Part shown: positions 8,881 through 17,039 of the stretch, in pieces
Numbering within the stretch: the first letter of the stretch is position 1
Layout: each line of letters opens with the position of its first letter
Origin: a virus
IMG/VR virus record: IMGVR_UViG_3300029928_000020
Coordinates: 1 to 42,647 of that record
Length of the DNA: 42,647 nucleotides
Strand: one strand, 5' to 3'
Notes under the pieces: model-generated
What the model saw: only the letters and a program-made list of their open reading frames with translations
Databases searched by the model: none
Told to the model about the DNA's origin: nothing
Program-made: the position numbers and the translations under genes

Positions 8881-10499
8881 CCGCGCCACCTCCAATCATC
8901 CACGGCATTGCGCACGGCCTGCGCCACCTCATAGGGGCTGTTGGTATTTCCGCTGATGTTGATGGTCAGATTCATGGGCTGCTCCGTCTGCACGGGCATG
9001 GCCCCGATTCCGGCCAGCGACGGCAATCTTTCCCCGCGCCAGATGGCCGCCTGCGAGGCCGTCAGGACGGCTTCGTTTTCGTGCAGCCGAGCTTTAAAGC
9101 CGTCATACGGAACGCGGCGCAGGCCGCTGGCCTGTTGCTGATAACCGTCCATTTCAGGAGTGCTGAAAGATTTGCCGCCGCCGCCGTGTGATTCGCCAGA
9201 ATCGCTATTGTGTACATTGCTTGTAACTTCAACGCCGATGCCGAGCGAACGTTTTGTGCTGTCCCACCAATTTTTAATACTATTCCATAGGCTTTCCAAC
9301 TTTGCTTTAACGGCGGTAAAATTTTCAACCGCTATTTGGATAGCAAAATTGAACGCATCCACAAGGCCTGTTTTCAGGGTTTCCCAGCCCTCCTGAATGC
9401 TTGTTGCTATTGTCGGCCAATCAGGAAGATCAATGCCAAGCGTTGCCTTAAAGTTTTGCTGTATCCACGGCCAGACGGTGTTTTGCCAGCCGTCGGAAAT
9501 GGCGTTCCCCGCAAGCGAAAAAACGCTCTGGAACACTTTGCCGGTATTCACCAGCAGATTCCCGGTAGCTTTCGCAACGTTTTTGGTGGTATTCCATGCC
9601 GATTCTCCAAGCCCCTTTACCAGCGAATCAATATCGGCGTTCCCGTCTGCCAGACCTGTCAGAAGGTTGTCCCACGCGGCTTTTGTAGCGTTCCAACTGC
9701 CGGAAATGGTTTCGGTGGCTTCCTTCTCGGTCGCCCCGGTGATTTCCATTTCCTCTTGGATTACATGGATTGCTTCGATGATGTCGTCAAGATTTTTGAT
9801 ATTGTACTTTTGGCCGGAAAGCTTCTGCGCGTCCCTGAGCAGCCGTTTCATTTCTGATTGAGTGCCGCCGTAACCCAGCTTCAAGTTGTCCAGCATGGTG
9901 TAGTTCTGCTTGGCGAAGCCTTGATAGGCGTTTTGGATACTAGACATATCAGTACCCATTTTGTTTGCGTTATCCGACATATCCCGGATTGCCGTATCTG
10001 TCAGCCTTGCCGCCGCTTCCGTATCTCCGCCAAGGCTGGAAATCAGCGAGGCCGCAAAGCTTGTCGCCGTGTCCATGTATTCGGTCGCCGATAGGCCGGT
10101 CGTTTTGTAGGCTTCTTTAGCGTTCGAAAAAACGGTGTTTTGGGCATTCATAAGCTGGTTATATTTGCCCTCAACTTCTTCCACGCTTTTCCCGGCATCG
10201 TCCGCGTACTGCTGCAACGACTTACCGTTAGCGCCGAACAACGTTTCCACGCCGCCGACCATCTGTTCATAGTCCGCATATGCGCTGATGGATGCTTTGG
10301 CCAGATCGCCGATGGCCTTTGTGATGCCAGCGGCTACAAGCGCACCTTTGATTTTCCCAAAGACTTTTACCGCAGACCCACCCATGTTTTCAAGTTTGCC
10401 TTTTAATCCACCGGCATGTTCGCTAACGTCGTCGATCTTTTCATTGGCCCCCGATGCGTCGATAGCGATACGCCCGAAAAGGGTAAAAATGTCTGCCAT
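8877..10499 (-). CDS. Tape measure protein 2 (540 aa)
   Basis: N-term MADIFTLFGRIAIDASGANEKIDDVSEHAGG parallels TMP1; long helical Ala/Lys/Asn-rich body; followed by Dit. Confidence 0.7.
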   Translation of the reverse strand: MADIFTLFGRIAIDASGANEKIDDVSEHAGGLKGKLENMGGSAVKVFGKIKGALVAAGITKAIGDLAKASISAYADYEQMVGGVETLFGANGKSLQQYADDAGKSVEEVEGKYNQLMNAQNTVFSNAKEAYKTTGLSATEYMDTATSFAASLISSLGGDTEAAARLTDTAIRDMSDNANKMGTDMSSIQNAYQGFAKQNYTMLDNLKLGYGGTQSEMKRLLRDAQKLSGQKYNIKNLDDIIEAIHVIQEEMEITGATEKEATETISGSWNATKAAWDNLLTGLADGNADIDSLVKGLGESAWNTTKNVAKATGNLLVNTGKVFQSVFSLAGNAISDGWQNTVWPWIQQNFKATLGIDLPDWPTIATSIQEGWETLKTGLVDAFNFAIQIAVENFTAVKAKLESLWNSIKNWWDSTKRSLGIGVEVTSNVHNSDSGESHGGGGKSFSTPEMDGYQQQASGLRRVPYDGFKARLHENEAVLTASQAAIWRGERLPSLAGIGAMPVQTEQPMNLTINISGNTNSPYEVAQAVRNAVDDWRWRG

Positions 10500-10548
10500 T
10501 CCGTATCACCTTCTTTATGTAGTGCTGCGCTTTATACCGTTTTATCCA

Positions 10549-10577
10549 TTGTTTTCCGCTTATCACCGCCCTATAAT
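10549..10577 (+). promoter_or_regulatory. Candidate sigma70-type promoter of the TPM moron
   Basis: TTGTTT (10549-54), 17-nt spacer, TATAAT (10572-77); AAAGGAGG RBS precedes ATG 10600. Confidence 0.5.
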
Positions 10578-10599
10578 TTCCAAAAAGGAGGTCGTTCCC

Positions 10600-11088
10600 A
10601 TGAAAAAAATTGTTGCCGCCGTCTTGTTTTTCTTGATTGTTTTTTCGTCTGCGGTTGCCGAACCGTGGCGTGTTTTTGATAACGCCGGGATTTTTTCGGA
10701 AAGCGAAATCGAAGAACTGGAAAACGAAATTTCGGCTTTTCAAAGAGAAACCAACGTTGATTTTGTAGTGCTTACCACCGATGATTATTTAGGTTCCGGC
10801 AATCAGCAAGTTATTGCAAACGCCTTTTTCGATTCTGGAAATTTCGGGTTCGGACGGTTGGCAAGCGGATTGATCTACTACATCGACATGAATCAATGCT
10901 GGCATTGTGTTTCGACCCTTGGTGAAATGAAAACCGTTTTCGAAGACTATGTAAGCCCTTCGTTAGACGCGTGTGCCGATTTCATGATGAGCAAAGATTA
11001 TAAAGGCTCCGTTTTGGAAATGATCGATTGGGCGAAAAAGGCAGTTGAGGAAGCTGACAGCAACGCGCAAACACCAACCAAACCATAA
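10600..11088 (+). CDS. Secreted TPM-domain protein (TLP18.3/Psb32/MOLO-1 phosphatase-like fold), moron
   Basis: Signal peptide MKKIVAAVLFFLIVFSSAVA; RVFDNAGIFSESEIEELENEISAFQRETNVDFVVLTTDDY matches the TPM pattern; opposite strand to the tail operon; AT-richer. Confidence 0.7.
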   Translation: MKKIVAAVLFFLIVFSSAVAEPWRVFDNAGIFSESEIEELENEISAFQRETNVDFVVLTTDDYLGSGNQQVIANAFFDSGNFGFGRLASGLIYYIDMNQCWHCVSTLGEMKTVFEDYVSPSLDACADFMMSKDYKGSVLEMIDWAKKAVEEADSNAQTPTKP

Positions 11089-11116
11089 AAGGGAACGGCC
11101 CGCGCCGCTCCCTTTT
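11087..11116. terminator. Bidirectional intrinsic terminator between TMP1 and the TPM moron
   Basis: AAAA-gggaacggc-ccgc-gccgctccc-TTTT; 8/9 bp stem flanked by A and T runs. Confidence 0.6.
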
Positions 11117-11118
11117 CC

Positions 11119-12855
11119 TTATCTCACATTCCCGCGCCCGGCGTTCCTGTACCGCACATTCAGCCCTTCGTCAATGGCGGGGGTCAGCTCGCCCACCAGA
11201 ACCCCGGTGTCCAGCAGTACGTCCTTCGGCACGATCCGCCGGAGGAAGTCCATCATCAGCCGGTTTTGCTCAATGATGATCCGCCCCACGGCCTCGTTTT
11301 CCGCCCGTACCGCCTGCCGGACGTAGCCTTGCAGCACGTCAATGGGCGCTATGGCTTCCGCGCCCGCCTCCCCGACCCCCTGCAAGCCTGCCCGGCTGTC
11401 AAGGATGGTGGGCCGGTCGAATACCGCTCCTGCCGCGTTCCATTTCACGTTAAAGTTCGGCAGCTTTCCCTTTCCCGCTATGCCGAAAGGCGCTTTGCCT
11501 CCGCTGACGGAGATTTTCGGGATTTTCAAATTGCTGAACAGCTTCCCAACCTTTAGCGGGAACAGCCCCTTGATCTTGTCCACGGCCTTTTTGACCGATT
11601 CCCGCGCCGCGTCGATCTTGTCCGCCGCCGCCTTTCGGATGCCCTCGAAGGTGTCACGCACCGTCTTTACCGCGCCTTTCAGGCCGTTAAAAGCCTTTTT
11701 GATGCCGGAAACGGCCTTGGAGCAGGCGGATTTCAGTTTGTCCCATAGAGAAATCCAGAACGCCCGGAAATCCTTGTTGTTGTTCCACAGGTACACAAAC
11801 GCCGCTACAAGGCCCGCGATCAGGCTTACCACAAGGCCGATGGGATTTGCCCGGAGCGCCGCGTTGAACAAAAGAATGGCCGCTCTGGTGGCTTTCACGG
11901 CCTTGGTGGCGGCTTTCATAATCGCGCCCCATTTCAGAACCAGAAGGAACGAACCCACGGTCACGGTTGCGGCAATGATGGCCGCTTTCCATGCGTCCAC
12001 GGTGTTCTTGTTGTCCTTCATCCATTTCCGCGCATCCTTAACCTTTTGGATAAGGCTTTCCAGCTTCGGAACCGCCGCTTCCACCATTTTGGAAATGGCG
12101 TTTTTGACGGCGGTCAGGATGGGTTCGCCCACTCGACCCAGCTCCGCCATAGCGCCGTTCAAGCGCTCCTGCGCCCGGTTGGCCGCCATCACGTCCGCGT
12201 TGGTTTCCTTATACTGGTCGGAGGCGGCCTTGTACGTGCCGTTCAGGTTCTCCATGATGAGCTTTTGCCGCTCCTGTTCCCCGGAGCATTTCGCCAGCTT
12301 GTCGTTGAATTCGTCCTCGGAGATGCCCGCCCAGTTCAGCGCATCCGCCAGCGGGCCGGTCACTTCGCCCACCTTGGCGGTCTCGTTGGCCGCTTCGGTC
12401 AGGCCCTCAATGGGCAGCGAATCGCCGAAGGTGGCGAAAACGCCGGTGCAGATGTCCGTCCATGTCTGCAAATCCTTTTCGTTGTCCGTCATGACCGCCA
12501 GATGGTTTGCCGCTTCTACGGATACGTCCGTTTCGCCCAAAACCGCCTGCAAGTCCTGATAGGTTTTCTTTGCAGCATCGGAGGAATGGCCGTTGGTCAC
12601 AAAGGCCGTGTCCAGCTTGCCCATTTCGGTGCGGTATTCCCGGCTCCCCTCAATGGCCGCTATCCACGCCGTGCCCAGCGTCACCCCGGCCCCTACCACG
12701 GCTTTTCCTACCGTCAGGGCCGCAGCGCCGATTTTCTTGAAAGATAGTTCCGATTTACTGCCCGTATTTTCCGCTTTGCCTGCTGTTTCGTCCAGCGCCT
12801 TGTTGGCCTGATCGTTTTCAACCGCAATCGTCCCCAGCAGCCGGAACAGTTCCAT
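11119..12855 (-). CDS. Tape measure protein 1 (578 aa)
   Basis: N-term MELFRLLGTIAVENDQANKALDETAGK; central hydrophobic segments (AAIIAATVTVGSFLLVLKW, IGLVVSLIAGLVAAFVYLW); directly downstream of the G/GT chaperones. Confidence 0.85.
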   Translation of the reverse strand: MELFRLLGTIAVENDQANKALDETAGKAENTGSKSELSFKKIGAAALTVGKAVVGAGVTLGTAWIAAIEGSREYRTEMGKLDTAFVTNGHSSDAAKKTYQDLQAVLGETDVSVEAANHLAVMTDNEKDLQTWTDICTGVFATFGDSLPIEGLTEAANETAKVGEVTGPLADALNWAGISEDEFNDKLAKCSGEQERQKLIMENLNGTYKAASDQYKETNADVMAANRAQERLNGAMAELGRVGEPILTAVKNAISKMVEAAVPKLESLIQKVKDARKWMKDNKNTVDAWKAAIIAATVTVGSFLLVLKWGAIMKAATKAVKATRAAILLFNAALRANPIGLVVSLIAGLVAAFVYLWNNNKDFRAFWISLWDKLKSACSKAVSGIKKAFNGLKGAVKTVRDTFEGIRKAAADKIDAARESVKKAVDKIKGLFPLKVGKLFSNLKIPKISVSGGKAPFGIAGKGKLPNFNVKWNAAGAVFDRPTILDSRAGLQGVGEAGAEAIAPIDVLQGYVRQAVRAENEAVGRIIIEQNRLMMDFLRRIVPKDVLLDTGVLVGELTPAIDEGLNVRYRNAGRGNVR

Positions 12856-13563
12856 TCGCGTTCACCTCACCACACGCCGGAAGGAAAGCGTTCAGGATGC
12901 TTTCCGATTCCGCTACAATGCTTTGTACTTCTTCCCGCGTTGGTGCTGCGTGTTTTTCCGGGTCGATGCTGTCAACGAAATCGGGGTAGGACTTGTCAAA
13001 CACACGATGCAGCCAGACTTCCCAAATAACCTTTTCCCGCTGCTCGTCGTTGTACCGCTTGACCAGCCCTTCCACAAACTCGCACAGCTTCCCGGCCCGG
13101 ATCATTCCGTCCATCAGGGGATAGGGGTTGGCATACCGCCGAAAAACGAGGTCGAAAAAATCCTGCTCGTTTAGCTGCGCAATTTGAATACCTGCGTAAA
13201 AAAATCAGCGAACTCTTCTTTCTGGATGGTTTCCATCACCATCCCGGCGAAGGTGCCCATGGGCAGTTCGGCGATCTCCTTTTCCTTCATGCCGGACAAG
13301 CTGGCAAGAAACTGATAGAGTTCCGTCCGGCACTCCGGCAGGCGTTCCACCACCAGCGCGGCCACGTCCACCATGATCTGCATCCCCACGGCGGCGGCCA
13401 AGTCGCTTTCCTGCTCCTTGCCAGCGTCCGCAATGGCCTTGCGCACGGTTTCGCCGTCGAAGCACTTTTTCAGTTCGCTTAAGCCGATCTTGTTGATAAT
13501 GCGCAGCACCATAAACAGGTCGTCCGCTTTCAGCGCCCGCAAAGTATAGGTCTTTTCTTCCAT
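12818..13563 (-). CDS. Tail assembly chaperone GT fusion product (via -1 frameshift at 13198-13204)
   Basis: The -1 frame from GAT TTT TTT reads ...YAGIQIAQLNEQDFFDLVFRRYANPYPLMDGMIRAGKL with no stop, into ORF 12818..13114. Confidence 0.7.
13171..13563 (-). CDS. Tail assembly chaperone G (130 aa)
   Basis: Position between tail tube and TMP; acidic helical protein; slippery site near its 3' end. Confidence 0.8.
   Translation of the reverse strand: MEEKTYTLRALKADDLFMVLRIINKIGLSELKKCFDGETVRKAIADAGKEQESDLAAAVGMQIMVDVAALVVERLPECRTELYQFLASLSGMKEKEIAELPMGTFAGMVMETIQKEEFADFFTQVFKLRS
13198..13204 (-). promoter_or_regulatory. Programmed -1 ribosomal frameshift slippery heptamer (T_TTT_TTT)
   Basis: Seven A on the plus strand; zero frame GA[T TTT TTT] ACG; the -1 frame is open into the downstream ORF. 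Confidence 0.7.
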
Positions 13564-13587
13564 CGTCGTTTCTCCTTTTCATAAGAT

Positions 13588-13618
13588 GGGAGCAGGGAAA
13601 AACCCTGCCCCCTTTTTT
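13588..13618. terminator. GC hairpin after the major tail gene (partial terminator/attenuator)
   Basis: gggagcaggg-aaaaa-ccctgccccc followed by TTTTTT on the plus strand; 9/10 bp stem. Confidence 0.4.
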
Positions 13619-13621
13619 ACG

Positions 13622-14215
13622 TTATGCCGCCGGGGTGGGGTAGTAGATATGCCACGGCAGGGTGTCCGCTTCGGCGGTCAGAGGCGCGTAGCACTCAAAG
13701 GTCAGCGTAGGCGTGGCGGCCTCCTTGTTCTGCGTTTCCACCTCCCAGCCGGAGGTGCACAGCGCATAGTCAAACACAACAATGATGGGCGTACCGTCCA
13801 GACGCTTGCCCACAAAGCCAAGGTTCTGCACGTAGTCGCCCGTCTTGATCATCCCACGGGATTTCAGTTCGGTGTAGCCGGTAGCGGTGGAGGACGCGGC
13901 CTCGTCCGCAATGACGGTCTTTTTGATCAGGTCGGGGGTCTGCTCCACGGGCTTGATCTCCATGGTGGCGGTCTCGCCCACCTTCACGGCCAAGTCCTTG
14001 ATCTTGACCAGTGCGCCGTCCACCGGCACGTCGTACAGTTCCTTAGTGATGCTCACCTTGCTGCCGCCATTGGTAGCGCACAGCAGGGATTCCGCAAAGT
14101 TCCACGCGCTGTCCTTAAATTCAAGGCCCGCGTGTACCGTGCCAGCGCCGAAAAGGACGTTGCCCGGAGTGCCCTCCGTAATGCCGGAGGACTTGAACTC
14201 ATCACCCAATGCCAT
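13622..14215 (-). CDS. Major tail (tube) protein
   Basis: 197 aa, upstream of G/GT and TMP; beta-rich sequence typical of TP901-1/phi13-type major tail proteins. Confidence 0.8.
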   Translation of the reverse strand: MALGDEFKSSGITEGTPGNVLFGAGTVHAGLEFKDSAWNFAESLLCATNGGSKVSITKELYDVPVDGALVKIKDLAVKVGETATMEIKPVEQTPDLIKKTVIADEAASSTATGYTELKSRGMIKTGDYVQNLGFVGKRLDGTPIIVVFDYALCTSGWEVETQNKEAATPTLTFECYAPLTAEADTLPWHIYYPTPAA

Positions 14216-14216
14216 A

Positions 14217-14609
14217 TCATTTCACCTTCCATTCTTGGATTTTCAGATTGATCTTGATGCTTTTCAGCTCGTCGTCCCCGGTGGGAACCACAATGGCCGA
14301 ATCATAAAAAACCGCGATGCCTGCGCCGCTTGGCAGGATCACGGTTTTTGGGACGGCCTGTTCAATTTTTGCTTTGCTTTCTTCCAGCAGGAGCCACGCG
14401 CCACGGGTGAAACCCCGAAGAACGAAGGTGCTTTCCAGAAAGCCGTTTTCTTCCAGCGTTAGGGATGGGCTTTCCATGTACTCCCCGACGAAGTAGTAGT
14501 CGGGAGGGATGCCGGTCTGGCCCACTTCCCAGCGCATGAATTGATAGTTGATTCCCGCACTTTCCAAAAGTTCGCCCACGTATTGCAGCGCGTCAATGGT
14601 CATACTCAC
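14217..14609 (-). CDS. Tail terminator / tail completion protein
   Basis: 130 aa, directly upstream of the tail tube gene in the conserved order. Confidence 0.6.
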   Translation of the reverse strand: MSMTIDALQYVGELLESAGINYQFMRWEVGQTGIPPDYYFVGEYMESPSLTLEENGFLESTFVLRGFTRGAWLLLEESKAKIEQAVPKTVILPSGAGIAVFYDSAIVVPTGDDELKSIKINLKIQEWKVK

Positions 14610-15085
14610 AGCCCCTTCAATCGATTCTCAAGGTCGGCTTCGGCCTTGGGTTTCACGGACAGAAAAGCCTTTTCCAGCGTGGCGGCGGGCTTGCGGCCAT
14701 TGGTGGCGTGGACGTTGGGCTTCCTCGCTGCAATGGCCTTGGCCTGTGCCTCCGTCAGTTGTTTTCCGCCGTTGCCCTTGTATCCGTCCTTGTACACCCA
14801 CCAGCCCTTGCGCCCGTCGCCATGGACGGCGTATTCACCGGTTCCGTATTCTTCCCAATACCCTGCTTCCAGCGGGGTGCCGATCTTGGCTTCCCCGGCT
14901 CCGTCGTCCACATCGGCCTTGTACGACTTGCGCAGCTCAATGCCCGCGTCGCCGTCCAGTTGGGTGTTGTCCTTGGCCTGCGCGGCGATCTCGTTTGCCC
15001 ACGTGTTCAGCCATGCCTTGGTGGTGTCGTTCAACGCCGCTTTGACCTGCATAGAGAAATCCTTAAATTCCACGGACACGGTCAA
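14606..15085 (-). CDS. HK97 gp10-family head-tail joining protein
   Basis: FSMQVKAALNDTTKAWLNTWANEIAAQAKDNT ... GTPLEAGYWEEYGTG pattern; position in the connector block. Confidence 0.7.
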   Translation of the reverse strand: MTVSVEFKDFSMQVKAALNDTTKAWLNTWANEIAAQAKDNTQLDGDAGIELRKSYKADVDDGAGEAKIGTPLEAGYWEEYGTGEYAVHGDGRKGWWVYKDGYKGNGGKQLTEAQAKAIAARKPNVHATNGRKPAATLEKAFLSVKPKAEADLENRLKGL

Positions 15086-15420
15086 TCACCGCCCGTGTAC
15101 TTCAAATAGATTTCAAGCTGTTGGTGCATTTCCATCGGGTCGTCGATCAACATCACGTCATAATGCTTCCCGCCGATCACCATGCGGCTGTTTTCCGCCT
15201 GGATGCCCTCCGCGAGGGGCTTATAATCGGACATGAAAACATGGGTGCTTTCCTGCACTTTGGCCGAAAAGGCCGTATAGCCGGAGCTGCCGCCGGACAG
15301 GTCGAGCCAGCCCCGAAGGGTCTGCGCGTCCGTCCATGCGTTCACGCCCTCGCCGATGGCGTTTTTCGCCGCCGCGCGGGTCTGGATGGTGCCGGTCAGG
15401 TTTCCGCCGATGCCTTTCAT
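15082..15420 (-). CDS. Head closure / head-tail adaptor protein
   Basis: 112 aa; 4-nt overlaps with both neighbours; SPP1 gp16-like position. Confidence 0.65.
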   Translation of the reverse strand: MKGIGGNLTGTIQTRAAAKNAIGEGVNAWTDAQTLRGWLDLSGGSSGYTAFSAKVQESTHVFMSDYKPLAEGIQAENSRMVIGGKHYDVMLIDDPMEMHQQLEIYLKYTGGD

Positions 15421-15968
15421 ACGCCTACCCCCTGACCGAATCGTGCCCGCATATAGGGCGCGAGGAAGCCCAGCAGGGAGCGGGGATAGCCCATAATGGA
15501 GTTGTCGCCGTCCATGTTGTAGTACGTGACGGAGTGCCGGGAAATGGTCTCGGACTGTACGCCCGCTTTATCGCCGCTTTCCAGCTGCCACTTGAGCATG
15601 GAGGCCGCGCCCTGCTTCACGTCGGCAGGGTAGACCACCTTGGTCACGGTGATGCCGCTTTCGTCGTACAGGTCTTCTTTCACCGTTACGGTTCCGCCGG
15701 AGGACGTGCGCACGTTGACCAGCCCGGCGTTCAGGGCCGAATCGGTGATCTGCAGGGTGTCGTTGGCCCTGAAAAGACCGCTGGTCTCCACCAGCAGGGT
15801 CTTGCCGGTGGAGACAGCGTCCGCAGCCGCCCGGAACGCCCTCACTTGGAAGTTGTTGTTGGTGTAGGCCCGGATGAGCAGTTCAAGCGCCAGAAGACGA
15901 GCTTCCAGCGCCTGATCCGTCGCGTCCGTGTCCGCCACCTGCCGAAACTCGGCCACGGTCATGATCAT
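15417..15968 (-). CDS. Head-tail connector (gp6-like / DNA packaging) protein
   Basis: Start MIMTVAEFRQVADTDATDQALEARLLALELLIRAY after an AAGGGGGA RBS, just downstream of the capsid gene. Confidence 0.65.
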   Translation of the reverse strand: MIMTVAEFRQVADTDATDQALEARLLALELLIRAYTNNNFQVRAFRAAADAVSTGKTLLVETSGLFRANDTLQITDSALNAGLVNVRTSSGGTVTVKEDLYDESGITVTKVVYPADVKQGAASMLKWQLESGDKAGVQSETISRHSVTYYNMDGDNSIMGYPRSLLGFLAPYMRARFGQGVGV

Positions 15969-15981
15969 AAGGGTTTCCCCC

Positions 15982-16986
15982 TTACTTCTTGAACTTCGCC
16001 AGAACGATCTTCGCGTCGTTGGTCTTGGCGACACCGTAGTACTTGGCGGCGGTCACGTCGGTCTGCTGCTTCTTGGGGAACCATTCGCTGTCCACCTGAA
16101 TGTCCTTTTTCAGGAAGATGGTCACAGCGGGCAGCTCGTCCTCGGTGTACTCGGTTTCCGCGCTGTCGGGTTCCAGCTTGATGATGGGGCAGAGGTAGTA
16201 GTCGGCGGATGCCGCGTTTACCTTGTCGCCCACGGCCAGCTTATCCTTGCAGTTCGGCTGCACGGTGGAAAGCCGCTTGGCGGTGGCGCTTTCGGCGGTG
16301 CTTTCGGACACAATGGTGATCGTGCCATCTGTGTTCTTTTCATACTTCACCAGCATGACCTTCTTGGACTTCTTGACCCACGCGCCCGCGATCTTGCCGA
16401 TCGCGCCGTTCAGGGCCACACCGGCGGTGAACTTGTCGGCGGACAGGAAAGCGGAATCCTTCAAAAGGGTGGCTTCCTGCGCGGGATTGATGAACATGAC
16501 CTTCTCGATGCCGTCTTCCTCGTCCTCAAACTTGGCGATAGCATCCACCACGCCGCCGTAGGCGATAGCAGCCAGCGTAGAGGCGGCATAAACGTTGGAA
16601 CCAGTGTACACCGCGTCCAGAACGTCGTTATCCACCTTACCGGCAACGGCCTTGGCCAGCTGCTTTTCGGCCTGACCGATGGGATTGCCAAGACCGCTGT
16701 TCACGGCCTCCTGCGTGATGCCCACGGCCTTCATGGCCTTCTTGATGGTAAAAGTAGTGGTGGAGGCAGTCAGGGTAGACAGGCCCACTTCCGCGCCCTC
16801 GGCCACGTCTTCCGCGTCGCCGATGTAGTTCCAGCTGGGCACGGTCTTGGTATCGCCGGGAACGCCCACCAGAGTGCGGTCGACGCGGGCATAGGGGGTC
16901 AGTTTCAGCAAAGCGTCGATCTTCGCTTCGATCATCGGCCCCATAACTTCGGGATTGATCATATTCGCCATTTTCGTAACAGCCAT
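15982..16986 (-). CDS. Major capsid protein
   Basis: 334 aa ORF immediately after the scaffold gene. Confidence 0.85.
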   Translation of the reverse strand: MAVTKMANMINPEVMGPMIEAKIDALLKLTPYARVDRTLVGVPGDTKTVPSWNYIGDAEDVAEGAEVGLSTLTASTTTFTIKKAMKAVGITQEAVNSGLGNPIGQAEKQLAKAVAGKVDNDVLDAVYTGSNVYAASTLAAIAYGGVVDAIAKFEDEEDGIEKVMFINPAQEATLLKDSAFLSADKFTAGVALNGAIGKIAGAWVKKSKKVMLVKYEKNTDGTITIVSESTAESATAKRLSTVQPNCKDKLAVGDKVNAASADYYLCPIIKLEPDSAETEYTEDELPAVTIFLKKDIQVDSEWFPKKQQTDVTAAKYYGVAKTNDAKIVLAKFKK

Positions 16987-17039
16987 TCTTGTTTACCTTC
17001 CTTTCGATTCGGTGCTTTGCACCCTTCTTTTGGTTTCAG

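Noticed and set aside
10441-10743. 100-aa minus-strand ORF antisense to the TPM moron start
   Set aside because: Lys/Arg/Phe/Asn-rich low-complexity product of an AT-rich antisense frame. It would overlap the TMP2 start and the moron promoter.
13205-13582. 125-aa alternative-frame ORF over the tail chaperone gene
   Set aside because: It is an Arg/Gly-rich shadow frame. The chaperone frame is supported by position, RBS and the frameshift link to the downstream ORF.
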